A DNA stretch of 64,000 nt, from assembly GCA_963842525.1 (NCBI GenBank), contig CAWJGT010000003.1, positions 960,001-1,024,000 on the forward strand. The letters run 5' to 3'. Position numbers and translations under genes: made by a program. Source of the stretch: an uncultured Holophagales bacterium (lineage in GTDB: Bacteria; Acidobacteriota; Thermoanaerobaculia; Multivoradales; UBA5704). The notes beneath the pieces were generated by a model. That model was given only the letters and a program-made list of their open reading frames with translations, did no database searches and was not told where the DNA came from. Positions 25,055 to 35,065 of the stretch are shown here, piece by piece; the stretch's first letter is position 1, and every line of letters starts with the position of its first letter.

Positions 25055-27136
25055 TCAGTAGCTGACCTTCAGTTGATAGGTCGTCCGGGTCGACGAGAAG
25101 CGGTAGACGCGGACGTAGACGTTGATCGCCGAGCCGCCCGTGTTGGTCCAGGACGCCTGGTCCGGGGTCGTGCCGCCGTTCAACGAGCTCGCCACCGCGC
25201 CGCCGCCGGTCGAGTTGTAGATATAGAGGTCGTAGTCCACCGTCAGGCCGTTGAGCAGCCCCGTCACCGTGGCGCCCGCCGGCAGGCTCAGACGGAAGTA
25301 GTCGTTCTGCTGATTCGTCGAGTCGTTGAGGAACGTCCCGGAGATCTGGTTGCAGGCCCCCGAGATCACCTGCGCCCCGTTGCGGCTGTTGTTCGGCTCC
25401 ACGTCCGAGATGTTGTTGCAGATCGGGCAGGCCTGCGTCGTCGCCTGCGCCTGCGCCGAGTTGGCGGAGCTGCAGGTGCCGTTCGACGACTGCACCACGT
25501 AGTAATAGGTCGTGTTGCAGGTGAGGCCCGTGTTCGAGAAGGACGTCGTGGCCGAGCTCCCAGCCGTCGCGTACGGTCCGCCGCTGGTGGTCGAACGCAG
25601 GACCGGATACGAGCTGGCGCCGGAGACAGCGCTCCAGTTGACGTTGATCTGGGTCGGCGACGCGGCGGTCGCGCTCACCCCGGTCGGCACCGCGGGCGGC
25701 GTGCAGGGGCCGGTGAAGACGTCGATCCCGCTGATGGCCGTGGCCCCGGTGTTCCCCGCGTCGAGCCAGTTCGAGAGGCGGGTGCTGTTCGTGCCGCCGC
25801 CGGTCCAGGAGACGCTGAAGCGCCCGTAATAATCGGAAAGATTGTTGCCCGTGGCGCCGCAGGCGGACGGTCCGCCGTGGAGCTGGCCGACGAAGCGGCC
25901 GGCGCTGTTGTAGAGCGGCGAGCCGGACGAGCCGGGCTCGGTCACACCCGGCACGGTGAAGGGGCCCGGAGGGTCGGTCGCCCATTTGGCCCACAGGTGG
26001 GTGCCGTTGCCCGGCGAGGTCGTGCCGCTGTAGCTCGTGCTCACCATGTCGGTGATGACGTAGGTGATCCGCTTCTCGTCGGTCGACGGATGGTGGATCG
26101 AGGAGCAGGGAGCCGCGGCGGTGCACGTGTGGTTGCCTGTGGAACGGTCCCAGCCCGCCCAGTGATGGTTGTAGGCCGTGACCGGTGGATCGTCGAGCTC
26201 GACCAGCGTGAAGTCCGAGGGGGAGCTGGCGGCACGGAAGAAGGAGCCGGTATGGAACTGGGTGAGCGAGCCGTCGCCGTTCGCCCCGCTGGCGGCGCTG
26301 CCGGGCGTCCGGCAGAAGGAGTTCTGATAGTTCCAGTAGGCCACCAGCGAGGCCGCATTCCCCGAGGTGATCCCGCAATGGTTCGCCGTCATGAAGTACA
26401 TTTTGCGGTCGTTGGCGGTGTCGTTGACGAGCGAGCCGGTGCAGAACGTGGAGCCGCCGGTCGAGATGACGCCGACCGCCCGCATCTCGTCGCGCCAGGT
26501 GTCGCCGGTGCCCAGGCACTCGACGTCCATGTTGCAGCTTCCGGACTTGTTGTAGGACTCGGCGGAGATCGTGCCGAAGCCGCGGTAGCCCTGGTTGACC
26601 CAGCCGAGCTTGAGGTCGACCGCCTGCCTCTCCCGCTTCGGCACGGTGAGCTCCACGATCAGGTCGTTGGTGGTGATGACCGGCGTCCACAGCTCGCCAT
26701 GCGCTTCGTTGTCCGCGGCGGTGAACGGCCGTGAGACCTGGGTGCCGTCCGTCGAATACAGCAGCAGGCGGCCGCGCGGCGACATCTTGAAGCGGGTGAA
26801 GCCGAGGTTCAGGGACGTCGTGCCTTCGCGGCCGACGACGCGCAGCCGCCAGAGCATCTGGCCGTTGCCGAGGTTCTCCCAGGTGCCGTTCTTGGCGGGG
26901 GTGATCGACACCCGCTGCGGAATGGCGAAGCGCGGCGGCAGGCCCAATCCGTCCCGTGCCGCGTCCTCTTCCCCGATCCGCGCCAGGTCCAACTGTACGG
27001 CGGCGAAGGCGTCCACGCTGTTGACGTTCGTCACGGCATACCTGGAGGCTGTGGGAACAACGGCCTCGGGAGCGGCATGGGCCACACTGCCGAGGGCGAG
27101 GGTGAGCAACATCAGCCAAGCAACCTTACGGCTCAT
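25055..27136 (-). CDS. Paralogous secreted lysyl-endopeptidase-like protease with FN3 and C-terminal PPC-like domain
   Basis: Near-identical catalytic region to the 22640-25037 gene; start MSRKVAWLML. Confidence 0.9.
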   Translation of the reverse strand: MSRKVAWLMLLTLALGSVAHAAPEAVVPTASRYAVTNVNSVDAFAAVQLDLARIGEEDAARDGLGLPPRFAIPQRVSITPAKNGTWENLGNGQMLWRLRVVGREGTTSLNLGFTRFKMSPRGRLLLYSTDGTQVSRPFTAADNEAHGELWTPVITTNDLIVELTVPKRERQAVDLKLGWVNQGYRGFGTISAESYNKSGSCNMDVECLGTGDTWRDEMRAVGVISTGGSTFCTGSLVNDTANDRKMYFMTANHCGITSGNAASLVAYWNYQNSFCRTPGSAASGANGDGSLTQFHTGSFFRAASSPSDFTLVELDDPPVTAYNHHWAGWDRSTGNHTCTAAAPCSSIHHPSTDEKRITYVITDMVSTSYSGTTSPGNGTHLWAKWATDPPGPFTVPGVTEPGSSGSPLYNSAGRFVGQLHGGPSACGATGNNLSDYYGRFSVSWTGGGTNSTRLSNWLDAGNTGATAISGIDVFTGPCTPPAVPTGVSATAASPTQINVNWSAVSGASSYPVLRSTTSGGPYATAGSSATTSFSNTGLTCNTTYYYVVQSSNGTCSSANSAQAQATTQACPICNNISDVEPNNSRNGAQVISGACNQISGTFLNDSTNQQNDYFRLSLPAGATVTGLLNGLTVDYDLYIYNSTGGGAVASSLNGGTTPDQASWTNTGGSAINVYVRVYRFSSTRTTYQLKVSY

Positions 27137-27540
27137 CTCCAGTTTCCTCCGATCTCCTGAAATGCGGTCACGGCTGCCTTGCCGCGAGCCAGAAACGAGG
27201 GTGAATCCAACACTACTCCAGTAATGGTGCGCGCCGAGGGCTTTCAGGAGCCGGGGAGAGGCGGGAAGCTCGTCGTACAATCAGGCCAGATGCGGAAAGT
27301 TGCCTGCGACGACGTCAAGCTTCTCGACACGGCGGCCGTGATCCTCACCCCCTGTCCCCCTCTCCCATCGCCCCGCCACCGACCGGGAGAGGGGGAACGT
27401 AGATGGAGCTTGGAGGCGAGGTCGAGGATCTCTCGAAAAAAAGAGCCTGTGAGAAGAAACTGCCAACTACTCCCTCAGAGCACCAACCACGTCCCCCCTC
27501 TCCCGGCCGGTGGGGGGGCGATGGGAGAGGGGGACAGGGG

Positions 27541-27957
27541 GTGAGGCGCCGCCGTTTCCACCGCGCCGCCTTTGCGCTGGCCGGCGTCTACAACATCGCC
27601 TGGGGGCTTTTCTCGGTCGCGGACCCGCAATGGCTGTTCCGCTGCGCGGGGATGCCCCCGGCCAACTACCCCGAGATCTTCGCCTGCCTCGCCATGGTGG
27701 TGGGGCTCTACGGCATCCTCTATCTGGAGATCGCCCGCCGGCCGGAGCGGGGATGGCTGCTGGCGGCGGTGGGGCTGGCGGGCAAGGTGCTGGGGCCGAT
27801 CGGCCTCGCCGTGCTGCTCGTGCGCGGGGCCTGGCCACCCGCCACGCTCGTCCTCTGCCTGACCAACGACCTCATCTGGTGGATCCCGTTCGGGCTCTAC
27901 CTGGTGGACGCCTGGCCGGCCTTCCGGACGGACCTCAGCTCTCCGCCTCGACCGTAA
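27541..27957 (+). CDS. Small integral membrane protein
   Basis: AGVYNIAWG...MVVGLYG...GLAGKVLGPIG...NDLIWWIPF; GC-typical codon usage. Confidence 0.75.
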   Translation: MRRRRFHRAAFALAGVYNIAWGLFSVADPQWLFRCAGMPPANYPEIFACLAMVVGLYGILYLEIARRPERGWLLAAVGLAGKVLGPIGLAVLLVRGAWPPATLVLCLTNDLIWWIPFGLYLVDAWPAFRTDLSSPPRP

Positions 27958-28056
27958 CCGCTATCCGGCCGCGATGTCCGGCACGGAGGCTCCAACCGCG
28001 TCCCCCCTCTCCCGGTTGGGGGGAGTGCGATGGGAGAGGGGGCCAGGGGGTGAGGT

Positions 28057-28323
28057 CTACTGCATGTCCGCGAGCTCGCGCCGCATCCGGTCGAGCTCGT
28101 TCATGGCGTCGATCTTCTCCTGCTCGGTGCCCTGCATGTTGCGGATTTCCTCCTCCTTGCGGGCGATCTCGGCGGCCTTCTCCTCCATCTTGCGAGTCTT
28201 GTCCGCTTCGGCCGAGGACGAGGCGGTGCCGCCCGGGGGCTGCGAGCTCGGCATCTGGCAGCCTGTCGCGCTCAGGAACGAGAAGAGGAGCGAGAGGACC
28301 AGCCACGGCAACAGACGACGCAT
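28057..28323 (-). CDS. Small putative lipoprotein
   Basis: MRRLLPWLVLSLLFSFLSATGC lipobox-like signal followed by a coiled coil. Confidence 0.65.
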   Translation of the reverse strand: MRRLLPWLVLSLLFSFLSATGCQMPSSQPPGGTASSSAEADKTRKMEEKAAEIARKEEEIRNMQGTEQEKIDAMNELDRMRRELADMQ

Positions 28324-28349
28324 GCGGCTTCCTTGCATGGGAACCTCCC

Positions 28350-28814
28350 TTACCATAGCCGGCCAAACCAGCGGCTCAGCGCGTCGTTCTTGAAGATCGG
28401 CTTGTGGGCATGGCTGTGGAAGTTGATCCCCATGTTGATACCGCCGGACCAGCCGAGCCACATCCCGGCCCCCAGCGCAAAGCCGAGCTTTTGCCCGGGC
28501 GTCACAAAGCCGGTGACCTCCGGATGGAGCCAGAGCCAGAACGCGGAGCCGATAGCGGCGAAGTGCAGGCCGCAGAACAGCAAGCCGTGCACGTCCTCCG
28601 GATGGGAGAGCCAGCGTCCGAGCCAGGCCGGAGCGGTCACCAGGTCCGGCGGGCTCGGCCCGGTCCAGCGCTCGACATAAGTTACGAGATGCAGCATCAC
28701 CACCGCCAGCGGCAGCGACAGCCAGGGCCCCCAGAGGAGCGAGCCCCAGATCCCGGCCAGCGCCAGCAGCACATAGAGCGAGCGCAGGACGGCGTACCCC
28801 AGAAATCCGACCAT
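28350..28814 (-). pseudogene. Probable truncated membrane fatty-acid desaturase fragment
   Basis: TM helices ending in INFHSHAHKPIFKNDALSRWF (first His box-like) and then a stop; no further His boxes. Confidence 0.5.
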
Positions 28815-29162
28815 GCAGGGCCTCCTGCGCCAATGATGCCACAGGTAAACCTCACCCCCTGTCCCCCTCTCCCATCGCCCCCCCACCGACCGGGAGAGGG
28901 GGGGACGTAGAGGAGGTTCCAGGGGTGAAGCCGAAGCTCTGACTCCACAGAGACTCTGTTGGAAGACGGTTTTGCACAGAGCGTAGAGAGCTCCGCCTGG
29001 GTCCCCCCTCTCCCGGTGGAAGGGGGGGCGATGGGAGAGGGGGACAGGGGGTGAGGTTTTTCCGGCCGCCGTGGAGGCCATGCTAACGACCATGGACATC
29101 CCGGCCCCGACTCCTTTACAGTCAGGCTAAATCACGGTTCTCGACCCGGAAGGGGACGGACG

Positions 29163-30416
29163 ATGAGCGATCTCTCCCATACGGCAACCGCGGCAACCTC
29201 CGAAACCACCCCCGGCGATCCCTCGCTCGTCCAGGAGCTGCGGCAGCGCCATGCGAAGCTGAGCGCCCAGGACGGCCGGGCTCGACCCTTCGAGCTGCGT
29301 CTGCCGGACCGCACGGAGTATTTGATTGGTGGCGCGATCGATGGGGGAGGCGAGCCCGCCTTCACCGTCCAGGTCATTACCGAGAAGGGCCTCGCCGCCA
29401 TGGCGGCCTTCGACGAGCTGGCGGTGGCCGAGGCCTACATGGACGGCGACCTCGACATCGAGGGCGACCTGCTGACGGTGCTCAAGCTCCGGCCCGTCTT
29501 CGGCGACCCCCACCCGTTCAAGTACCTCTTCGCGACATACGTCGAGCCCCTCCTCCTCGGCCAGGTCGGGCGCGACAAGAAGTGGATCAAGAGCCACTAC
29601 GACGTCGACCCCAACTTCTTCCTCCTCTGGCTCGACGGCAAGCTGCGCGCCTACTCGCACGGCTTCTTCGAGGACGACGGCGAATCGCTGGAGGCCGGGA
29701 TGGTGCGCAAGTTCCAGTACGCGTTCGACGCCTGCGGCATCAAGCCCGGCCAGCGTGTGCTCGACATCGGCGGCGGTTGGGGGTCGTTCCTGCAGTTCGC
29801 CGGCGAGCAGGGCGTGCACGTGACCTCGATCACCATCTCCGACGAGTCCGAGAAGACCATGCAGGACCTGATCCGTCGCCGCGGCCTGACCTCGTGCGAG
29901 GTGGTCAAGGAGCACTTCCTCGAATTCCGGCCCGCCAAGCCCTTCGATGCCATCGTCAACCTCGGGGTCACCGAGCACCTCCCGGACTATCGCCGCACCC
30001 TGGCGCAATACGAGCGTCTCCTGAAGCCGGGCCGCCGGGTCTACCTCGACGCCTACTCGGGCCGGAAGCACGGCATGCCCTCGTTCATCTCCAAGTGGGT
30101 GTTCCAGGGCAACACCTCGCCGCTCTGCCTGGAGAAGTACCTCGCCGAGGTGGCGCGCACCTCCTTCGAAGTGGTGGTGATCAAGAACGACCGGCACAAC
30201 TACTTCCTGAGCTGCAAGAAATGGGCGGAGAACCTGGAAGCGAAGCGCGACGAGGTCATCGCGCGCTGGGGCAAGCACCTCTACCGCCGATTCGTCCTCT
30301 ATCTGTGGTCGGCGGCCAACTCTTTCGAGAACGGCACCCTGAGCGCGCACCACATGATCCTGCAACTGCCGTCGCAGGGGAGCGCTCCGCGAGCAGGCCT
30401 GGAGTCCTGGTCGTGA
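29163..30416 (+). CDS. Cyclopropane-fatty-acyl-phospholipid synthase-like SAM methyltransferase
   Basis: AEAYMDGDLDIEG, IKSHYD, AYSHGFF, RVLDIGGGWG, FDAIVNLGVTEH. Confidence 0.88.
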   Translation: MSDLSHTATAATSETTPGDPSLVQELRQRHAKLSAQDGRARPFELRLPDRTEYLIGGAIDGGGEPAFTVQVITEKGLAAMAAFDELAVAEAYMDGDLDIEGDLLTVLKLRPVFGDPHPFKYLFATYVEPLLLGQVGRDKKWIKSHYDVDPNFFLLWLDGKLRAYSHGFFEDDGESLEAGMVRKFQYAFDACGIKPGQRVLDIGGGWGSFLQFAGEQGVHVTSITISDESEKTMQDLIRRRGLTSCEVVKEHFLEFRPAKPFDAIVNLGVTEHLPDYRRTLAQYERLLKPGRRVYLDAYSGRKHGMPSFISKWVFQGNTSPLCLEKYLAEVARTSFEVVVIKNDRHNYFLSCKKWAENLEAKRDEVIARWGKHLYRRFVLYLWSAANSFENGTLSAHHMILQLPSQGSAPRAGLESWS

Positions 30417-31198
30417 GGGAGGCCGCGAGCCAGGCCCCGGTGATCCTCAAAGGACCCGAGGCCTTCGCGGTGGCGCCCTACACGCCGAGCGAGATCCGCT
30501 TCCACGTCATCGGCGGCGTGCTCAACGGCACAATCGCGCTGAGCGGGCTCGTCTGGGTGCTTACTACCTGGGGGAAGAATGCGCCGGCCTGGCCCTGGGT
30601 CCTCCTCGCGGTCTTCGCCGGCATCTACACCGCCGACCTCGTCTCCGGCCTGCTGCATTGGGCATTCGACACCTGGTTCGACGAGGACATCACCTTGCTC
30701 CGCCGCATGGTGCTGCAAGTCCGCGAGCACCACGTCTATCCCAACCGGATCTTCCACATCAGCTTTCTCCATGACGCTGGCACACTTTCCTGGATCGCGC
30801 TGATCCTGACCGCTCCGCCCATCCTCTGGGCGATTCTTTCCGGCGCCGGGCCGGCCGCTGCCTACATGATCCTGGGAGTAGTGATTTTCGACATCCTCCT
30901 GGTCAGCATGCTCGCCTTCCACAAATGCGGGCACCGCGCCCGCCAACCGCGCTGGATCCGCCTGCTGCAGAAGAGCGGTCTCCTGCTCTCGACGCACCAC
31001 CACAGCCAGCATCACCTGGGAAACCACGACTTCAACTATTGCATCATCAACGGCTGGGCCGACCGCACCCTGGGCCGCCTCGGCCTCTTCCGCGCCCTCG
31101 AATGGGTGATCGCCCGCTGGAGCGGCGCCCATCCGCAGCGCAACGATCACGAATGGTTGCGCCGATTCGGACGCAAGATCGTTGGGCGCAAGGCATGA
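30413..31198 (+). CDS. CarF/TMEM189/FAD4-family lipid desaturase
   Basis: ADLVSGLLHWAFDTW, REHH, HKCGH, HHSQHH..HDFNYCIINGW His motifs; GTGA overlap with the methyltransferase stop. Confidence 0.87.
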   Translation: MREAASQAPVILKGPEAFAVAPYTPSEIRFHVIGGVLNGTIALSGLVWVLTTWGKNAPAWPWVLLAVFAGIYTADLVSGLLHWAFDTWFDEDITLLRRMVLQVREHHVYPNRIFHISFLHDAGTLSWIALILTAPPILWAILSGAGPAAAYMILGVVIFDILLVSMLAFHKCGHRARQPRWIRLLQKSGLLLSTHHHSQHHLGNHDFNYCIINGWADRTLGRLGLFRALEWVIARWSGAHPQRNDHEWLRRFGRKIVGRKA

Positions 31199-31617
31199 GC
31201 CAATTATCAAAGTACGTGGAGAAGTGGCTCGCGGGCGACCTGGAGCTGGCGCCGATCACCGCCCTTCTAGGAGTGCGCCCTGTCTCGCTCGGCGAAGGCG
31301 AAGCGAAAATTGAGCTGACCGCCAGCGAGCGCCTCCACAACGCCATGCGCACCGTCCACGGCGGCATCTTCTGCGACCTCGCCGACGTGGCCATGGGAGC
31401 CGCCCTCGCCACCGTCACCGCCGAAGGCGAATCCTTCTCGACGCTCCAGCTTCAGATGAGCTACTTCCTGCCCGTCGTGGAAGGCCGGCTCACCGCCCAC
31501 GCCCGCGTGATCCGCCGCGGCCGAGCTATCGCCCACCTCGAATGCGATCTCGAAGATGGCGAGAGCCGGCTGGTGGCCCGGGCGACGTCGGTGTGTGCGA
31601 TTCGGCAGGCGGGATGA
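31195..31617 (+). CDS. PaaI-family hotdog thioesterase
   Basis: HNAMRTVHGGIFCDLADVAMG; ATGA overlap. Confidence 0.9.
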   Translation: MSQLSKYVEKWLAGDLELAPITALLGVRPVSLGEGEAKIELTASERLHNAMRTVHGGIFCDLADVAMGAALATVTAEGESFSTLQLQMSYFLPVVEGRLTAHARVIRRGRAIAHLECDLEDGESRLVARATSVCAIRQAG

Positions 31618-32524
31618 CTTGGCCGCACAAAGCTTGCCGGCCTTATGGCGAGCATCTATTGCTCCATTGGCCATCCTTCCAAGGAGTTTGAGATAGTCAA
31701 GAGCACCGCGGCGCGGATACTTCGACACACGCTTACGGACTTGGTTAGATTTGTTGATCGAGTGTTGGAGTATAATGCGTGCCGGATCGTTTTAAAGCGC
31801 GTCTTTCGCTAAGGTTGGACACGGTGGGCGGCACGGATTGTTTTGATATGCGAAGTGTAGTAGCACTTCGGCTGCTTGCGTTGAGCCCAGCAGCAAAGGT
31901 AGTGGGTGAGCGAGAAGAAGTCTGAGCTGCTAAACTCGGGAATTTCTGAGTTCGACAAGCAGATGGTTCTTCGACTCATCGGGTGAACGCAGCACCCGCC
32001 ACGAAGCAAGGCGATAATCGCGGGCCGGCTAGTCCGTCAGAGCGGGGTTCACGAGGATGGTGTCCCGCGAAGTCAACCCGACGGCTTGCCCGCGCCGTAG
32101 ACGACGCAACGCACCCACGGCCCGCCGTTAGGCGCACAGTACACACGACTCGACGGTGGTGCACAAGGTACGGCCGCAAAGGTCGAGTGACCAACTTCCG
32201 GCAACGGCCCGAATCGCCAGGATCTCGCATGAGCGCTGGGGTCGAGCAGACTCCGCTCTCTCTTGCCCTTCCCGAGAAAGACATCGCCGCGCAGGATTCC
32301 AGGGCGCCGACCGGCATCTCGCCGGCCTCCAGTGCCGTCCGCCCGAGAGAAAGGCGGCGTGCCAAGTGAGTTTCGTGCATGTCTTCAGTGTACGCCGGTC
32401 GGCACCAACGCCGACCATTTGCCCGGCCGGCTACGCAGGTTGAACAGTGTGCGTCCGCTGGAAATGGTCGGCCTCCCGTTGCTAAGCCATTGACTTAGCA
32501 CGAGCACTGGCCTACACTGCTGAT

Positions 32525-32815
32525 GTGAGGGTGGCATGGGACGAAGCCAAGAACCTCGAGAACCGGCGGAAGCACGGCCTCTCCTTCGAGGAGGCTGAGG
32601 AGCTTTTTGCATCAGGGTCCGACTACCTCGAGATCTTCGACGAGGTCCATTCCGAATCTGAAGATCGCTTCATCGCCATCGGCCCCGTCACTCGCGGCCT
32701 CATTCTTGTTGTGTGGACTGCGCGTGACGACGACACGCTTCGTATTATCAGTGCTCGCTGGGCCAACGAACGTGAGCAGGCCCTCTACTACACCTACATG
32801 GACGAAAGCCGATGA
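32525..32815 (+). CDS. BrnT-family toxin
   Basis: WDEAKNLENRRKHGLSFEEA...EDRFIAIG...RIISAR. Confidence 0.92.
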   Translation: MRVAWDEAKNLENRRKHGLSFEEAEELFASGSDYLEIFDEVHSESEDRFIAIGPVTRGLILVVWTARDDDTLRIISARWANEREQALYYTYMDESR

Positions 32816-33111
32816 CCGAAATTCCGGAGCTAACCCAGGAACAATTCGCTAGGGCCATTCCCGCACGTGTGCGAAAGCGCCTTATGCTTGGGCATTTTGA
32901 ATCAGGCGAGGACATCGCTGCATTACGGCGCTTTATCGGGCTCACTCAGGCGCAGTTCGCCCACGCCATGGGCATCAGCGTTCATACTCTCAGAAACTGG
33001 GAGCAGGGTCGGCGACACCCCGAGGGTCCCGCGGTGGCATTGTTGCGCATCGCAGCCCGACATCCGCGGATCATTCGGGAGAATATCGAGAACGTTGAGT
33101 CCGCAGCCTGA
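32812..33111 (+). CDS. XRE/HigA-like HTH antitoxin
   Basis: LTQAQFAHAMGISVHTLRNWEQGRRHPEGPA; ATGA overlap. Confidence 0.88.
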   Translation: MTEIPELTQEQFARAIPARVRKRLMLGHFESGEDIAALRRFIGLTQAQFAHAMGISVHTLRNWEQGRRHPEGPAVALLRIAARHPRIIRENIENVESAA

Positions 33112-33192
33112 ATGGCAGGAGGCGACGGCGAGGGTCGTGAGCCCGAAGCGCGGGGCGATCTTTTGCGAGTAGAGAAGGTGTATACTTTTTTC

Positions 33193-33441
33193 ATGCACCC
33201 CGAAGATCTCCTACGCTGGGTTGAGTCTCGCCGGGCTGCTGAGCAGCGCGAGAAGTTGGAAGCCCGTGAGGCCGGTCCTGACTCCTCAGGCGCGATCCAG
33301 AGCGCTTTGGCGCTGGTGGCTCTAACGAGGCGCCTTCACGGATGGCCCGTCCCGGAGGACCCGGTGACTCTGCGGCAGGATGCCCTGGCCAGGGAACGGT
33401 GGGACCGGGTCCGCGCTTATTTCGGCAAGCCATCAGGGTGA
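33193..33441 (+). CDS. Hypothetical protein
   Basis: 82-aa ORF MHPEDLLRWVESRR...; no family recognised. Confidence 0.5.
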   Translation: MHPEDLLRWVESRRAAEQREKLEAREAGPDSSGAIQSALALVALTRRLHGWPVPEDPVTLRQDALARERWDRVRAYFGKPSG

Positions 33442-33790
33442 ACACGATGAAGTTCAAAGAGCTTGACACTGTGGTTCTTGATTGCGACGTGTCTGGGGCC
33501 ATGAGACGCCCGGCTGGTGTTCGCAACCACGCTGACCATTTCGGCCGACCGGCAGCAAACGCTATAGACGACAGGCTATGACTGAAACTCCGGAGCTGAC
33601 TGAGGAACAATTCGCCAGGGCTATTCCCGCACGAGTGCGAAAGCGCCGGCGCTCTCTTGGGGCGGCGAAGCCGGATGGCGAATATGAGTTTGGCGAGAGC
33701 TACCTCATCGTGAGCCTTGGCGAGCCGAAGAACGACGCCTGCTACAAGCTTCTTCGCCGCCATCATTGAGCGCACTGGAGGGCCTCGAAC

Positions 33791-34000
33791 ATGAACGAGC
33801 AGCGGCATCCGGTCCTCACCATTGGGCATTCCACGCACTCCATCGATGCGTTCATCGCACTGCTGCGTCAGCACGGCGTGACGGCGTTGGCCGACGTGCG
33901 CGCGGCCCCTTTCAGCCGCTTCAATCCGCAGTTCAACGAGGCTCGCCCGCCCAAGGTTGGCGCACCTACGGACATGGCATGGAGCCCGTCGTGCCAGTGA
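33791..34000 (+). pseudogene. DUF488-family N-terminal fragment
   Basis: VLTIGHSTHSIDAFIALLRQHGVTALADVRAAPFSRFNPQFN, after which similarity ends. Confidence 0.75.
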
Positions 34001-34003
34001 GGA

Positions 34004-34873
34004 TTATTCAGCGTTGTCGAGGATATAGCCTAGCGGGTTGACCGGATCGCCGTCGACGCGAACCTCGTAGTGGAGGTGATACCCGGTCGAACGTCCGGTG
34101 TTGCCGACCCGGCCGACGACATCGCCGCGCTTGACCCGTTGCCCCGGCCGGACATTGATCGCCGACAGATGGCCATAGCGGGTGGTCAGGCCATAGCCGT
34201 GGGCGACGAACACCGCCTTGCCGTAGCCCCCGTCGACGTCGGCGCTCACGACGATGCCGTCCGCGCTGGCCCGCACCGGATGGCCCGGCGCCGCGGCGAT
34301 GTCGATGCCCTGGTGGTTGCCGCTCCCGTGGGTCAGCGGATCGGTGCGGTAGCCGAAGCCGCTGGTGAGGATCCCCCGGACCGGCGCGATGGCCGGCGTG
34401 GAGGAGATCCACCGCTGGCGCTGCTCGAGCCGGGACTCGACGGCGTCGAGTTGGCCGGCGAGCTGCGTAGCGCGGGTCTCCATGGCCGGGAGATCGGCGA
34501 GGCCGACGTCCTCCGTGGGGACCTCGCCGCCGATTCCGGCCTCGCCGCCGTGGTCGAGGCTCTCGATGCCGGCGACGACGGCGAGGTCGCGGGTGCGGTC
34601 CTCATAGCCCGTGAGCTGCTCCTGCAGCTTCTGGATGCTCGACCCGAACGTCGCGCTCATCTGCCGGAGCTGCTCGTTTTCCTGGCGCAGGCGCGCGATC
34701 TCGATCGGATTGGCCGGGCTGTGGAAGTGTGACCCGATGAAGTAGAGGGAAGCGACGGTGAGGAGGAGGAGAGCACCGGCGGCGACGCCGATCTGCAGAT
34801 TCGTCACCCGCCACTTGCGTAGCTTGGCGTGCGCGTGCGGGACGAAGATGATCGTATTGTGCTGTCGAGCCAT
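34004..34873 (-). CDS. M23 family metallopeptidase with N-terminal TM and coiled coil
   Basis: HQGIDI, TRYGHLS, STGYHLHYEV. Confidence 0.92.
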   Translation of the reverse strand: MARQHNTIIFVPHAHAKLRKWRVTNLQIGVAAGALLLLTVASLYFIGSHFHSPANPIEIARLRQENEQLRQMSATFGSSIQKLQEQLTGYEDRTRDLAVVAGIESLDHGGEAGIGGEVPTEDVGLADLPAMETRATQLAGQLDAVESRLEQRQRWISSTPAIAPVRGILTSGFGYRTDPLTHGSGNHQGIDIAAAPGHPVRASADGIVVSADVDGGYGKAVFVAHGYGLTTRYGHLSAINVRPGQRVKRGDVVGRVGNTGRSTGYHLHYEVRVDGDPVNPLGYILDNAE

Positions 34874-34961
34874 GCCCACCCTACACGAGACATCCCCAAA
34901 ACCAGTCATCGAACCGGCTCCGAGAACTTCAAGAACAGGGACGCCGAATGGCGAGGAGCGT

Positions 34962-34989
34962 ATTGTAACTCCCGAGACTCGCGTGTCAA
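34962..34989 (-). promoter_or_regulatory. Sigma70-like promoter of the M23 gene
   Basis: TTGACA-N16-TACAAT on the minus strand. Confidence 0.65.
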
Positions 34990-35065
34990 GGGGCAGATAA
35001 AATATGGTGATCTAGCATTCCGGCGGTGTGTAAATTGGGAACCGGCGGGCCCTGGAATCCGGCGG

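Larger units (their letters stand above)
27343..29056. repeat. Five copies of a ~57-bp REP-like element (27343-27400, 27489-27546, 27999-28055, 28850-28908, 29001-29056)
   Basis: CCTCACCCCCTGTCCCCCTCTCCCATCGCCCC...CCGGGAGAGGGGG in both orientations. Confidence 0.85.

Noticed and set aside
32812-33648. Duplicated gene starts (also 20116/21249) as products of DGR mutagenic retrohoming
   Set aside because: Differences are mostly synonymous changes not restricted to adenines, and there is no similarity to the TR.
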